From the NCBI GenBank assembly GCA_035084275.1, contig CM068745.1, positions 32,178,001 through 32,242,000 of the forward strand: 64,000 bases of DNA. Direction: 5' to 3'. Under the pieces are notes generated by a model. It was not told where the DNA came from. It worked only from the letters and a program-made list of their open reading frames with translations, and did not search any database. The DNA is from Hydrolagus colliei. Lineage: Eukaryota. This document shows, one piece after another, positions 1 to 11,597 of this stretch. The position numbers and the translations under genes are program-made. Numbering within the stretch: the stretch's first letter is position 1; each line of letters starts with the position of its first letter.

Positions 1-2
1 TC

Positions 3-119
3 GTGCGCACGCGCACCTCCCACTCGTTCCACCCCACCCCCATTCGCTGAAGAACTGTATCCACATCTCGCGAGAGTTTGCCCCGAAATCCAGACTCGGG
101 CACGGGTATTATCGCGAGA
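3..119. promoter_or_regulatory. Edge of a CpG-island promoter with an NRF1-like motif and two BANP/ZBTB33-type motifs; the gene lies left of the window (probably ddx3x)
   Basis: GTGCGCACGCGCA at 3-15, TCTCGCGAGA at 66-75 and TATCGCGAGA at 110-119; CpG-rich relative to the flanking sequence. Confidence 0.7.
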
Positions 120-295
120 TTTTCGCTCTCTCCGTCCTACTCTCACTCACCCCCCAATAATTGCCTGGTGTCATTGTCATCACAGACTTGGTTGGCTTCA
201 GGAATAATAATAATAATAATCATCTTTAGGATTCTTTCTGTTCGCTGGGAATGGGTAGATTGCTGGTTCGGTGTATTTGTTTAAAGCTGTCAGAT

Positions 296-382
296 CTAAC
301 CCGAAACGTTGACTCACTTTCCTCTCTCCATGGATGCTGCCTGACCTGCTGAGTTTCCCCAGCAACTTCTGTTTTTGTTTCA
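296..382 (+). mobile_element. Fragment of a Penelope-like (pLTR) repeat carrying the 3' half of a minimal hammerhead core
   Basis: CCCGAAACGTTGACTC (300-315) followed by GGATGCTGCCTGACCTGCTGAG, shared with copies at 19659, 46719, 47137 and 58119. Confidence 0.55.
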
Positions 383-616
383 TAATAATCTTTGCATTTG
401 ATACAGCGCTTTTTCACATCTTCTAGACGACTCAAAGCGCTTCACAGAATATACTGTAAAGTGAATATCCACAGAAAGGATATTCCGCCAATCAACTAAC
501 AACCGGGTTCCTGCTGACTTCTCGGTATGGAGACGGGAAACTTGCCCAACATTTTGCCCTGCCAGCAATCGATCCAAGGTTGTGAGGAGAATGCTCTAAC
601 CACTGAACTACAGGAC
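382..616 (-). mobile_element. tRNA-derived SINE with an L2-type tail (DeuSINE-related family)
   Basis: Minus strand has an A-box TAGTTCAGTGG, a B-box-like GATCGATTGC, and a tail GTGAAGCGCTTTGAG...AAATGCAAAGATTATTAT. Confidence 0.75.
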
Positions 617-978
617 TGCACAAATGCCACAAATACGCTACAATCTGTTGATATGCAAATGCCCCGAGGTTAAATCTCACACTTCACAATCCCTTTTTGA
701 AAGAAAACATATAAAATGTAGCTTGGTTTAGCACAAATATTGACCATGTCCTGAGAGAATAAAGCAAGTCCCGTTTTGAATGGATCATCAATCATTGTCA
801 GGACTACCATTTCTGCCAATTTGACAGCTCTGGGTATGTGACTTTATTGTTTTTTTCCACCTACAGTTTCCATAGTTGCTTTATTGTTTCTTTTTAAGTA
901 CGTAGGGGGAAGGAGATTTTTTTTATCACTGTTGTTACCAAAGAAGGTTTTTAATCTTCCCCATCCCATGATGAACTT

Positions 979-1435
979 AACAACAACAAAATTGCACTTA
1001 TAAAGCGCCTTTCACGTGGGAAGGACGTCCCAAAGCACTGAACAGTCTGGTCGGGACCCGAGCGGGGATGGGGGGGGTGGGGGAGGGTTGAAGTAGGGGG
1101 AAGGGGAAGGAGAATGGGAGAGGTGGAAGAGTTAGTGGGGCAGCCAAAGGCGCGGTCGAAGAGAAAGGTCTTGAGACTGGCCTTGAAGGGGGAAAAGGAG
1201 GAAGCGAGGCAGAGGGGCTGCGGGATGGAGTTCCATAGTGTGGGAGCAGAGAGGCTGAAAGCCCGGCCGCCGATGGTTGGGTGGTTAGGGTGGTGGACGC
1301 GGAGCAGGCCTGAGTCTGCTGAACAGAGGGTACGGGCAGACTGGTAGGGAGACAGTAGGTCAGAGAGATAGGCAGAGGCAAGGTCGTGAATGGCCTTGAA
1401 AGTGAGGACAAGAGTTTTGAATTCGATCCGAACTT
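979..1435 (-). mobile_element. L2 LINE 3' fragment
   Basis: Homologous to 6290-6725, ending in the stem-loop tail GTGAAAGGCGCT...(TTG)n. Confidence 0.85.
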
Positions 1436-1689
1436 AAGATTGGCGCTCTGTTGCATTTTGAAAATTTGAAATACAGTACAGTATTAATAAACACAAATGT
1501 AGAATTAAATACCTCAATGTGGATTGTCTATTCTGTGAGTGGAATCCCTTCAATATTTAACAATAATTAATCCTTGCATTTGATATAGCACGTTATTACA
1601 TCTTCGTGATTCTCAAAGTGCTTCATAGAATATACTGTAAAGCGAATTGACTATATTTTGTGAGCAAAATAGGTAAAGGACATATATGA

Positions 1690-2015
1690 AAACATGTGTT
1701 GAGTCATACAGAGTTTGCCTCACAAGCAAGAGGATCCAGTTTCGATTCCCAGGTGGGGCAAAGTTTCCATGCTCCACCTTCCTCTGTTTACATAGCTATA
1801 AACAGTTGACCTTCTGATGGTCATTATCCTTTCAAAAGCAAAAAATGTGGTCACCTTTCCACAATTGTTTGTGGGACAATACTGTGCGCAAATTGGTTGC
1901 CACATTTCGTCCACAAAATACAAAGTCAATCCACTTTAACAGTATATTTTCTGAAAGCGCTTTAGGCATCCCAATGGCTTGATAAAGTGCTATATGAAAT
2001 GCAAGGATTATTATT
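1690..2015 (+). mobile_element. DeuSINE copy
   Basis: GTTTCGATTCCC B-box, Deu-domain-like TGTTTGTGGGAC...GCAAATTGGTTGCC, and tail ending (ATT)n. Confidence 0.7.
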
Positions 2016-2974
2016 TTTATTATATAAGAAACATGCTTGGTTTAAATGTGTAATGTGTTTTTAATTTAACATAATCTGTAAATATAAAAATACTGTTTTT
2101 AACAATTAGTTATCACAAACATTTTTATTTTTATGTGGATCTGAAGCAGTGACTGTCCAGCGCCTTGGGACATCACCCTGATGTGAAAGGCGCTATACAA
2201 GTGTAATTTTGTTGTTGTATGTGTGAAAGATATACTTATTAAACTGGGGGCATTAAATTCATATTATAGTAGTAGGCACAGATAGGGATTCAAATTGCTG
2301 ATTTTTATAGCGCATTGCGACATTGGGTGATGCCTTTACCTCTATGCCATTGAGGTAGCTAGTCTTACAAATTCTTGGTAGTCAGTCCCCATGAAATTAG
2401 ATGTGTCATCACCTTCAGGAAGGAGGAAACCCCCCACCCCACCCACCACAAAAAGGATGCACCAATAGCAATATACTTTGTTTCAACGTCTCCAGCCACT
2501 TTTACGGAAACATAATCACGTCTGCCTTCTCAACAACTCTGCCTCTGCCATCAATTTTTTATGTGAAGAATATCAAGTATACACTATCTTACTCTGCTCC
2601 AAGTAGGTTATCAATTATCACCTTACTCAACTGATACAGCTATGCCATTGTGTAAATAAACACTATCAGTGACACAACCCCAACTAAATAGATACAGTCT
2701 TGTACAGGTTATAGGTGTGCCACCCAAGCCTCAAAAGCTTGTTTGTGATGCCTCTTGCATGTGTTGCTTCCTGTTTTGTCTGCCTTCACTACTTTTGGAT
2801 ACCAATATTTAGAGATTTATTCTGTCTAAGGTCAACACTTTCTGATAATCTATGATTCCATTTCTCTCTTTATTTCTCATTTAGAAATGATTTTCAAACC
2901 AAACACACCTTGAGATGTTGCATTCCCATTTCTAAAATCAAACAGTACATTTTCTTACCCACTTCATTACATCC

Positions 2975-3540
2975 TGGCTTGATGCCCTGCTTGTCAGTCT
3001 TCCCAATGCCTCCCTCCAGGTTGCAGATAATCCAGAACTCTGCAGCGCGTGTCCTCTACCGCTCCAAGCTTCATGGCCCCAGCTTCCCCATTCTCGTCCG
3101 ACTCCATTGGCTCCCCATCATCCAGAGGATCCAATTCAAGATCCTGGTCCTCACATTCAAAGTCCTCCATAGCCTCGCCCCACCCTACATCCACAACCTC
3201 CTAACCCCCCTACCAACCTGCCCGCCCCCTCCTCTCAGCAAGCTCTGGCCTGCTCCAGGTTCCCGGACCCACCCGTCCCACCTTTAGTGGGCAAACCTTT
3301 AGCCACTCTGCCCATACCTCTGGAACTCCATCCCGCCTCAGCCCCTCCCTGGCCTCCTTCAAGTCCCGCCTCAAGACCCTTCTCTTTGACGGTCCCATCG
3401 GTCACTCCAAATCCCTCCCTTTCCCTCCACCCTCCCTGTCCCCAGCTCGGGTCTGAAATAATGACTATCCAGCACCTTACGATGTCCTCCTGACGTGAAA
3501 GGCACTATACAAGTGCAATTTTGCTGTTATTGTTATTGTT
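2975..3540 (+). mobile_element. L2 LINE 3' fragment
   Basis: Encodes [13 protein letters not shown]...LHWLP...IQFKILVLTFK (L2 ORF2 C-terminus) and ends in a (TTG)n tail. Confidence 0.88.
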
Positions 3541-3860
3541 TGAGATGTTTCATTGTAGTACAACTTAATAAAATTGAAACTCTTTCTTCATTTCGAGTCC
3601 AATTTTGTATTTATGTCTACACTATGTCATTTAGAGGCACTGGCAGAAATAATGGTTTGAATTGGGGCATTTCTCAACAGGATTTCTTGATCAAATATTT
3701 TCACATTTTCTGTGGGTTAGCATGACACATTTTCTGTTCCAGATGGATTCCCTATTTATGAGTCTTGATTATTTTTTTACATTTGTATAGCACCTTTCAC
3801 ATTCTGAGGACATCCCAAGGCGCTGTCAAATGTAATTTTGTTGTTGTTTTGTTGTTGGTA

Positions 3861-3920
3861 AGGAATCTTGTTAAGAAACCAAGAATCTTGTTAAGAAACC
3901 AAGAATCTTGTTAAGAAACC
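3861..3920. repeat. 20-bp tandem triplication AAGAATCTTGTTAAGAAACC at the 5' junction of an L2
   Basis: Three consecutive units at 3861, 3881 and 3901 with one mismatch in total. Confidence 0.95.
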
Positions 3921-6735
3921 AACCACCCAACTACACATTCCACCACACCCCTCGACCCAACCGTCGTGGCGGTGGTGTGGCCCTCATCTCAAAGACATCT
4001 CTCGTCTTATCCCCCTACTCCTCCGGTTCCTTCTCCTCTTTTGAACAGCTCACCCTCTCTCACTCCTCCCACAGTTCCTTCAAAATCCTTTTAGTATATC
4101 GCCACCCTAAACCCTCCCCCACTTTCATTTCAGATTTCTCCTCACTTTTAACCTCCCTCTGTGCCTCCTCTGATCGCCTTATCATTCTTGGCAACTTCAA
4201 CCTCCACTTCACCCCCTCCTGCTCCACCTCCTCTGAATTTTCCTCTTTGCTTTCGTCTTTTAACTTTTCCCTTCACATTCACACTGCCACCCACACCCAC
4301 GGCCATCCGCTCAATCTGGTGATCACCTGAGGCCTCAATGTCTCTGGCGTCACCATCATTGACAAGGCCATTTCAGACCACTTTTTCATTTCTCTCAACA
4401 CCTCTATCCCTCCCCCCTCCACCTCCAAACCCACCACCATCTTTTACCGGCCCTGGAAGAAGATTCCCCCACAAACCTTCACCTCTGCCCTCGAAACCTC
4501 CAACATCCTCCCCCTGTGGCACTCTTCCTGTACCGACCCATCCTCCGCCTCCACCACCCTCCATAACACCCTCTCTACTACCCTCGACACCCTAGCCCCC
4601 CCTCACCTCCAGAACTGTCTCCCACTCCCGATCATCACCGTGGTACACAATTCACCTCAGTTCCCTCAAGAGCCAAATGCGAGCAGCTGAACACACCTGG
4701 CTCAAATCTGGCCTCACGGTCCACCGGCAAATCTGGCTGGACCGCATCAAATTTTACCGCTCCGCCCTAGCCACTGCTAAATCAGCCTTCTACTCCAGGA
4801 TAATCCTGGAAGCGAAGGACAACCACTGCCTCCTCTTTGCCACCACCAACCAGTTCCTCCGCTCCCCCCCTGTCTCGCCTCGCAGATCCTCTCCTCAAAC
4901 GCACACTGCGAGGAGATGTTGGACTTCAGAATAATCAAGAGAATCCACTCTGCGGTTTCCTCCCCACATCTCTCCTCCACCTCTGCCCCTCCATCCGCTA
5001 TTCCAACCCCCACCCACCCCCCCTTTCATACCCACCTCCCTGTCTTCAGTCACAAAAATAATCACTTCCATGAAACCCACCACGTGTTCACTGGACCCTA
5101 TCCCCACCCTCCTCCTCCGCACCCAACTCCACCTCCTGGCCCCACTCATCTCTGACACCATCAACCTTTCCCTCTCCTCAGGCACCGTCCCTACCTCCCT
5201 TAAAACAGCCACCATCACCCCTATCCTGAAAAAACCCTCCCGTGATGCGTCGCAGCCATCAAGCTACTGACCCATCTCCAACCTCCCGTTTTTATCCAAG
5301 GTCCTTGAAAGAGTGGTTGCCTCCCAGCTCCGCTCTTTCCTTTCAACTCACTCACTCCTTGAACCCCTCCAATCAGGTTTCCGCCCTGCTCACAGCACGG
5401 AAACTGCCCTCGTCAAGGTTACAAACGACATCCTAACCGCCTGCAACCAGGGCTCCCTCTGCCTCCTCCTTGACCTGTCTGCTGCGTTGATCACATATGA
5501 TCACACCATCCTCCTCCAACGTCTTTCCTCCCACCTCAACCTTCAAGGCACAGTCCTTGACTGGTTCCATTCCTACCTGACCCACCGCCTACATTTTGTA
5601 TCTTCCAACGGTTTCTCCTCAAACCCCCGCACAGTTTCTCATGGCGTCCCCCAGGACTCTGTCCTCGGCCCCCTCCTTTTCACCATTTACACGCTCCCTC
5701 TGGGCGATGTCATCCGCAAACATGGGGTAAATTTCCACATGTATGTGGACGACACCTAACTGTACCTCTCAGCCTCATCCCTCAACCCCCAGACCATCGA
5801 TGTTCTGACAGCATGTCTGTCCGACATCAAGTCCTGGACGAGTGAACTTCCTCCAATTGAACATGAGCAAGACCGAGGCCCTCCTGATTGGCTCAAGCCA
5901 GCGCCTCCGCACATCGGGCGCTGCCAGCCTCAACGTCCAAGGCTGTACTCTCCACCTCACAAAGCCAGTCAGGAACCTCGGCATCACGTTCGACCATAAA
6001 CTCTCCTTCCTCCCCCACATCCGTACCTTGACTGGCACCGCTTACTTCCACCTGCGCAATATTGCCAGGCTCCGCAATTATCTTACCCCCCACGCTGCCG
6101 AAACACTCGTGCACGCGTACATCACCTCACGGCTGGACTACGGAAACTCTCTCCTCGTCGGCCTCCCCAGCTCCTCCATTCACAGGCTGCAGGTCATCCA
6201 AAACTCTGCAGCCCGTGTACTATCCCGCACCCGCCTCCATGACCACATAACCCCCACCCTCGCCCGTCTCCACTGGCTCCCCATCCCCCAGAGGATCGAG
6301 TTCAAGATCCTAGTCCTCGTTTTCAACGCCTTACACGGCCTTGCCCCGCCCTACTTATCCGATCTACTCTCCCCCTATAAGTTCACCCGACCCTCCGTTC
6401 AGCAGGACTTGGTTTGCTCCAAGCCCCCCGCCCGACCCGCCCCACTATCGGAGGCCGGGCCTTCAGTTTCTCCGCTCCCACCCTTTGGAACTCCATCCCC
6501 CAATCCCTCCACCTTGTTTCCTCCCTTTCCTCTTTCAAGGCCGGTTTGAAGACTTTCCTTTTCGACCGTGCCTTCTGTTCCCCCCCTAATTTTTCGACCT
6601 ACCCCACGTTTTTTACCCCCTCCCATACACTCCCCTCCCAGCTCGGGTCACACGCCTCCTGTGCAGCGCCTTGGGACGTCCTCCCGACGTGAAAGGCACT
6701 CTTTAAGTCTAATTTGTTGTTTTTGTTGTTTGTTG
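3921..6735 (+). mobile_element. Long 5'-truncated L2 LINE; ORF2 (AP endonuclease + reverse transcriptase) disrupted by stops and frameshifts
   Basis: APE motifs RGGGVALI, ILGNFNLH, THTHGHPLNLV and SDHF; RT motifs [27 protein letters not shown] and YVDDT; 3' stem-loop and (TTG)n tail. Confidence 0.93.
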
Positions 6736-7183
6736 CTATTCCTAAAATGAAAGATTTGGGGGAATCGAATCACACCACGACTGTTGGGTTCTGCACAACA
6801 CAAATCCCAACAGTTTCAATCTACTTGTTGGTCAGAATAAAAGTTTATTGTGGTTATGAAAAAATTCCATTCATATTAATGTGATAAGGATGGAGCTTGA
6901 TTGATCCCAAATCATGGCTTTAGATGTACAAATCTAGTTACAACAACAACAATTATAGTTACAACAAGTCTAGTTACAACAACAACAAAATTACACTTAT
7001 AGAGCGCCTTTCACATCAGGAGGACATCCGAAGGCACTGAAGAGGAGGTGAAGAGGAACATTGGCTGAAGCCGAAGAATACTTCACAAGTTTTCCCTCTA
7101 GCAAATTGATACATGACACAAGGCACCAAGAAGACATAAAATTTGGAAAGGAATGTCTGGTGGTTCAGTGGGTAAATATACTA

Positions 7184-7923
7184 CAGTAAAAGGCCGTTTA
7201 TCCGACACCCGCGGGACCTGGCCAATGACAGTTAAAGCACCTGCCGGATATTCAGGCGCCCGCGGCTAAAAACCCACCACAAAAATATTACAGTTCTTTT
7301 AACACACACCATACACACCAGACTAAATAATAACAGATAATAACAGAATATTGTATTGGTACTTATTGTTAAAACTACTCTCTTAAGCTTCTCACCTTTA
7401 CTGATTGAGGTTTACAGTCCCAGCAATTCCTTTTTAAATGGAGGACGCCAAGCGGGTGAAAAAAACAACAGCGTGATTTTAAAGTCATGCACCGTTACTA
7501 GCAGCAAGCCGATAGCCCTAGACTCTACTAGCGGCAAACCAAAATACTGCACCTGCGTGACAATGTTGGTTATCAGATAGCGATATCGGCTTGCCGCTAA
7601 TACGGCTTTAAAGTGGCACTCTGTTTTTTTCACCCGCTTGGCATGCTCCATTTTAAAAAGAATTGCTGGACTATAAACCTCAACCGCAGCATCATGACTT
7701 GAAGCACAGCATCTATTAGTAAAGGTGAGCAGCGCAAGAGAGTGGTTTTTACAATAAGTACCAATACAATATTCTGTTATTATGTTATTATTTATGCATT
7801 TACAAATGCTCCACCTCTATTGTTCTGGATAAGTTCCGGTTTATCGAATGGAGACTTTTTTTTGGCGTTCCGGTTGTACGGAAGTGCCGGTTCATCAAGT
7901 CACGGATAAAAGGGCATCTACTG
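7184..7923. mobile_element. Non-autonomous Tc1/mariner (Tigger/pogo-like) DNA transposon with an internal inverted duplication, inserted in an older SINE-like repeat
   Basis: TA|CAGTAAAAGGCCGTTTATCCG ... CGGATAAAAGGGCATCTACTG|TA terminal inverted repeats with a TA target duplication. Confidence 0.85.
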
Positions 7924-8862
7924 TATGTGCTGTTGTACTGAGTCATAAATATTCAGAGGGATCAACATGCATCTGAGTGGTGCTGACGGCTACTGCGATT
8001 GGCCTTTGTATTCTCAGGCTTGGGGTGGGGTTGAGGGGAGTGAATCTTCCAATTGTTTTAACTCCTGATTGTTATTCCTGAATGAGAATTCAGCTCGGCT
8101 GTGATTATCATCAACCCTCTTTACCTTGGCTCACAAAAATCGCACTCCAGCATATATGACCCCCACACCCCCAAACCACCACACACATATGTTCTGCAGA
8201 GTAGGAGAAATTGGATAGCAGAGCAAAAAGAGGAATGAAAACACCTTTCTCACAATTACTGATGGTATTTCATTTTGGGAATTTAAAGTAAGAGGCAAGA
8301 TATAAAATGAATATATAAAAATGAATATATTATTTGAGGTAAAAGTAGAAATGCACTTTTTGGGGACAGAACAACAAATTAGCAACAAATTTGAACAAAA
8401 CTATTGAAACAGGCTTTTGTTTACATTCCATTTACAAATTCACTAAATTCAATTTGATTATTCATTCCCCCTGATTAAATCGCATGACAGTTCCAGATTG
8501 TGCAGTCAGATAAAAGACAGTCCTTTGTTTTTAATTTAAATAAAAGAACTCTGGTTACCCACTAACAATGTGCTTAACCATTTGTGAATATCTAGTCACA
8601 TTTTCAGACATTCAGGGTTGGATTTTAATTTTTTTAATTGCTACTCACAAAGGAGTCTTGCAAGATTTGTCCTCTCCTTCCACTCTCTCCCACTCACAAG
8701 GACATTGGAACGATTGCTTTGTTTCAGTGATTGTGTCTGAGGACCTAGGAACCATCTATGCTGCATTTAGGTAGTACTGTATATGCACCAGCACAAATGG
8801 TGAATCCATGTGGAGGCACTGAAAGTGGGGTGGCAGCCTCCTTATTAGCTCTACTGTGGAAC

Positions 8863-9415
8863 ACAACAACAACAACTTGCATTTATATTGTCCCTTCACT
8901 CTGGGACGTTTCGCAGAGGGCTTGACATTGGCAGCGTCTGACTCCGATTCAGGAGGAATGGGAAGCGGATGACCATAAGCATGATCAAAAAGGGAGGGTT
9001 TTAGATGGGACTTGAAAGAGAGGAGGAAGGGGGCAGGGCGCATGGATTGAGGGAGAAAGTTCTAGAGCATTGGGGTGTAGTGGCTGAAAGCAAGGCCATG
9101 CACAGCAGAAAATGCTGAAAACGCCACAACAGAGTCCAACGCCACAGTGTCTGAATGCCAAATTACTGTTCTTTTCCCAATTTGTTCCATTTACTACTGT
9201 TATTTGCCTGAGGCTTTGGAACTCCCTTCCTCATTCCCTTCGCCTCACCCCCTCTCTTCCTATTTTCAGGTCTCAGCTAAAGACCTTTCTTTTCGACCAT
9301 GCTTTCAGTCATCTTTTTCCACTTCCCCATGGCTCGGCCCCGGTATCAGTTATTGGGAAGTTCTTTGAGACGGTGTCCGGCATGTAGGGTCCTAAATAAA
9401 TCCAAGTTGTTGTTA
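8863..9415. mobile_element. Two L2 3' fragments in opposite orientation (8863-9100 on -, 9208-9415 on +)
   Basis: LWNSLP...LKTFLFDHAF-type remnants with (TTG)n/(CAA)n tails. Confidence 0.75.
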
Positions 9416-10019
9416 TTTAGCTATACAAATGCTACCAGAGTACCACTCAGGCAGGCTAACTCCTTGAGATTGCAAGGATATCACATCCCGGAAATGGATA
9501 ATGGCATATTGATGCATGTGCTCAAAGATTCAGGCAGAGGCACATGATTGGGAAGAGTTAGAAGGAAATTTATCCTGGAGCAGTCTGTGTTTTGCAGACC
9601 TGGGGTGTCATAAGATATCTAAAATGTTCAATTTTCCAGCAGTAACGCTTTTGTTATTTAGCACAAAAATTGGTAAAACAAATCCCAATTGTATAATCCA
9701 TTGTTTAAGTGTTGCATTACTTTGAGCTCATAACCTAAGCTGCCATTCTAATGCAGTCCTGGGAAGCAACAACAATAAAATTACATTTGTATAGGTGGTG
9801 GTGGTGGACAGTCAGTGTTTCAGACAAAGCCCTGCATTGTTGGAAGTGCCATCCTTCGGATGAGACATTAAACTGAATTCAAGTGAATAGCTAAAACGCA
9901 GTAACACTATCTGAAAACAGAAGGCCAGCCAGTCTTCCAAATAAAAAAAACATGGTTGCCTGGCAATAATGACTGCCTGCAAATTGACTGCCATATTCAC
10001 CAACAAACACAATATACTT

Positions 10020-11108
10020 TACAATGCTCCCCATTGGGGACATCATCCGCAGACAGAAGGTCAACTTCCATATGTTTGCTCCATCTTTCTGCCTCCATGA
10101 TCAATTCCAGGACCACTACTGTCCTGACAGACTACCTGTCGAACATCAACAACAACAGCAAAATTACGTTTGAATAGTGCCTTTCATGTTGGGAAGACAT
10201 CTCAAGTCACTGGACAAATGTTTCAAGAACCGAGCTGGGGTCGGGACCGGGATGGGTGGAGGGAAAGGAAGGGAACGAGAGCTAACTTTCTACAGTTAAA
10301 TGTCAACAAGACCAAGGCTCTGCTGATTGGCTCGCGGCAGCACTTCCTCACCTCAGGTACTTGGAGTATCAACCTCCATGGATGCACACTCCACCTCACC
10401 AAGCCAGTAAGGAATCTGTCTTGTTCGACCCTCAACTTTTCTCCACCACATCCAAGCCATGACCCGTTCTGCGTTCCCTCACCTCCGCAACATTGCCTGA
10501 AAGTACTACTCACCCCTCAGGCCGTTGAAATTCTCATTCACGCCTTCATCACGTCCAGGCTCAACTATGCCCTCCTTGTCGGCCTCCCCAATTTCTCCCT
10601 CCATAGGCTGCAGATCATCCAGAACTATGCAGCTCATGTCCTCTCCTACACCAAGCTCCACGCTCCCACACCACTTCTCGTCCAACTCCAGTGGATTCCC
10701 ATCACTCAGAGGATTCAATTCAAGATCCTGGTTCTCACCTTTAAAGCCCTCCAAGGCCTTACCCCACACTACTTCTGCGACCTCCTAACCCCCTACAAAC
10801 TTATCTGCTTCCTCCACTCAGTGGGCTCCGACCTGCTCCATGTCCCCCAACCAACCCATCCCACAATCTCCAACCACCCTGCCCCTCACCGTTGAAATTC
10901 CATCCCGCAATCTCTCTGCCTTGCACCCTCCATAGCCTCCAAATCCTGCCTCAAGACTCTCCTATTCGACCATGCCACCAGTCACACCCCTTCCCCTCCC
11001 TTCCCTCCACCCTTCCGAATCCCGACTCTAGCCTGGGTCCATAAAACTGGCCATCCAGTGCCTTGGGACATCCTCCTGACGTGAAAGCAAAATGTAATTT
11101 TGTTGTTG
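10020..11108 (+). mobile_element. L2 LINE fragment (RT C-terminus to tail), interrupted by an inverted L2 tail at about 10145-10280
   Basis: NFLQLNVNKTKALLIG and ITSRLNY...LQIIQN motifs; tail at 11057-11108. Confidence 0.85.
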
Positions 11109-11597
11109 TATTATAATGCATTAAAATCAATAAAGTGTCAGAGTTCAATATTGGTCCATACATATGTAACCATTATTCAGTTTAATGTAAATAATTATAA
11201 CATTGTAAATTTATACTGTACTTCAATATTACCATGTGGTACAGTGTATTTATATGCTTTAGTTCAGACATATCAAAGTGTTGAAGGAATACTCAATAAA
11301 AGTACTCTCCAATGGAGTTAACTTTCAGATTGAAATGGAAACTCATCACGGTGCCACAAGATGGTGCTCTGACATTCCCTTCCGGAATAATTTGATCCTG
11401 AGATCATGAATGGTGAAGTGCAGCAAATGAGGATTGCATCACATTAGCTGGATTGATTAAAAAAAAGCAACATATTCATACCCCTATAAATGAGTTGAAG
11501 CTTCACTGCATAGGTTGCACACCCATGTTTTTTTAAATATAGTATTGATTGATATGCTCTCCCAGCTACACATACTAGGACTATGAAGGGGAGATAA

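Noticed and set aside
3861-3920. CRISPR-like direct repeats
   Set aside because: No spacers, and the context is a vertebrate genome; this is a simple tandem repeat
10170-10895. 241-aa ORF and similar long ORFs (5842-6549, 20526-21134, 51080-51763) as novel genes
   Set aside because: All are L2 ORF2 remnants with frameshifts
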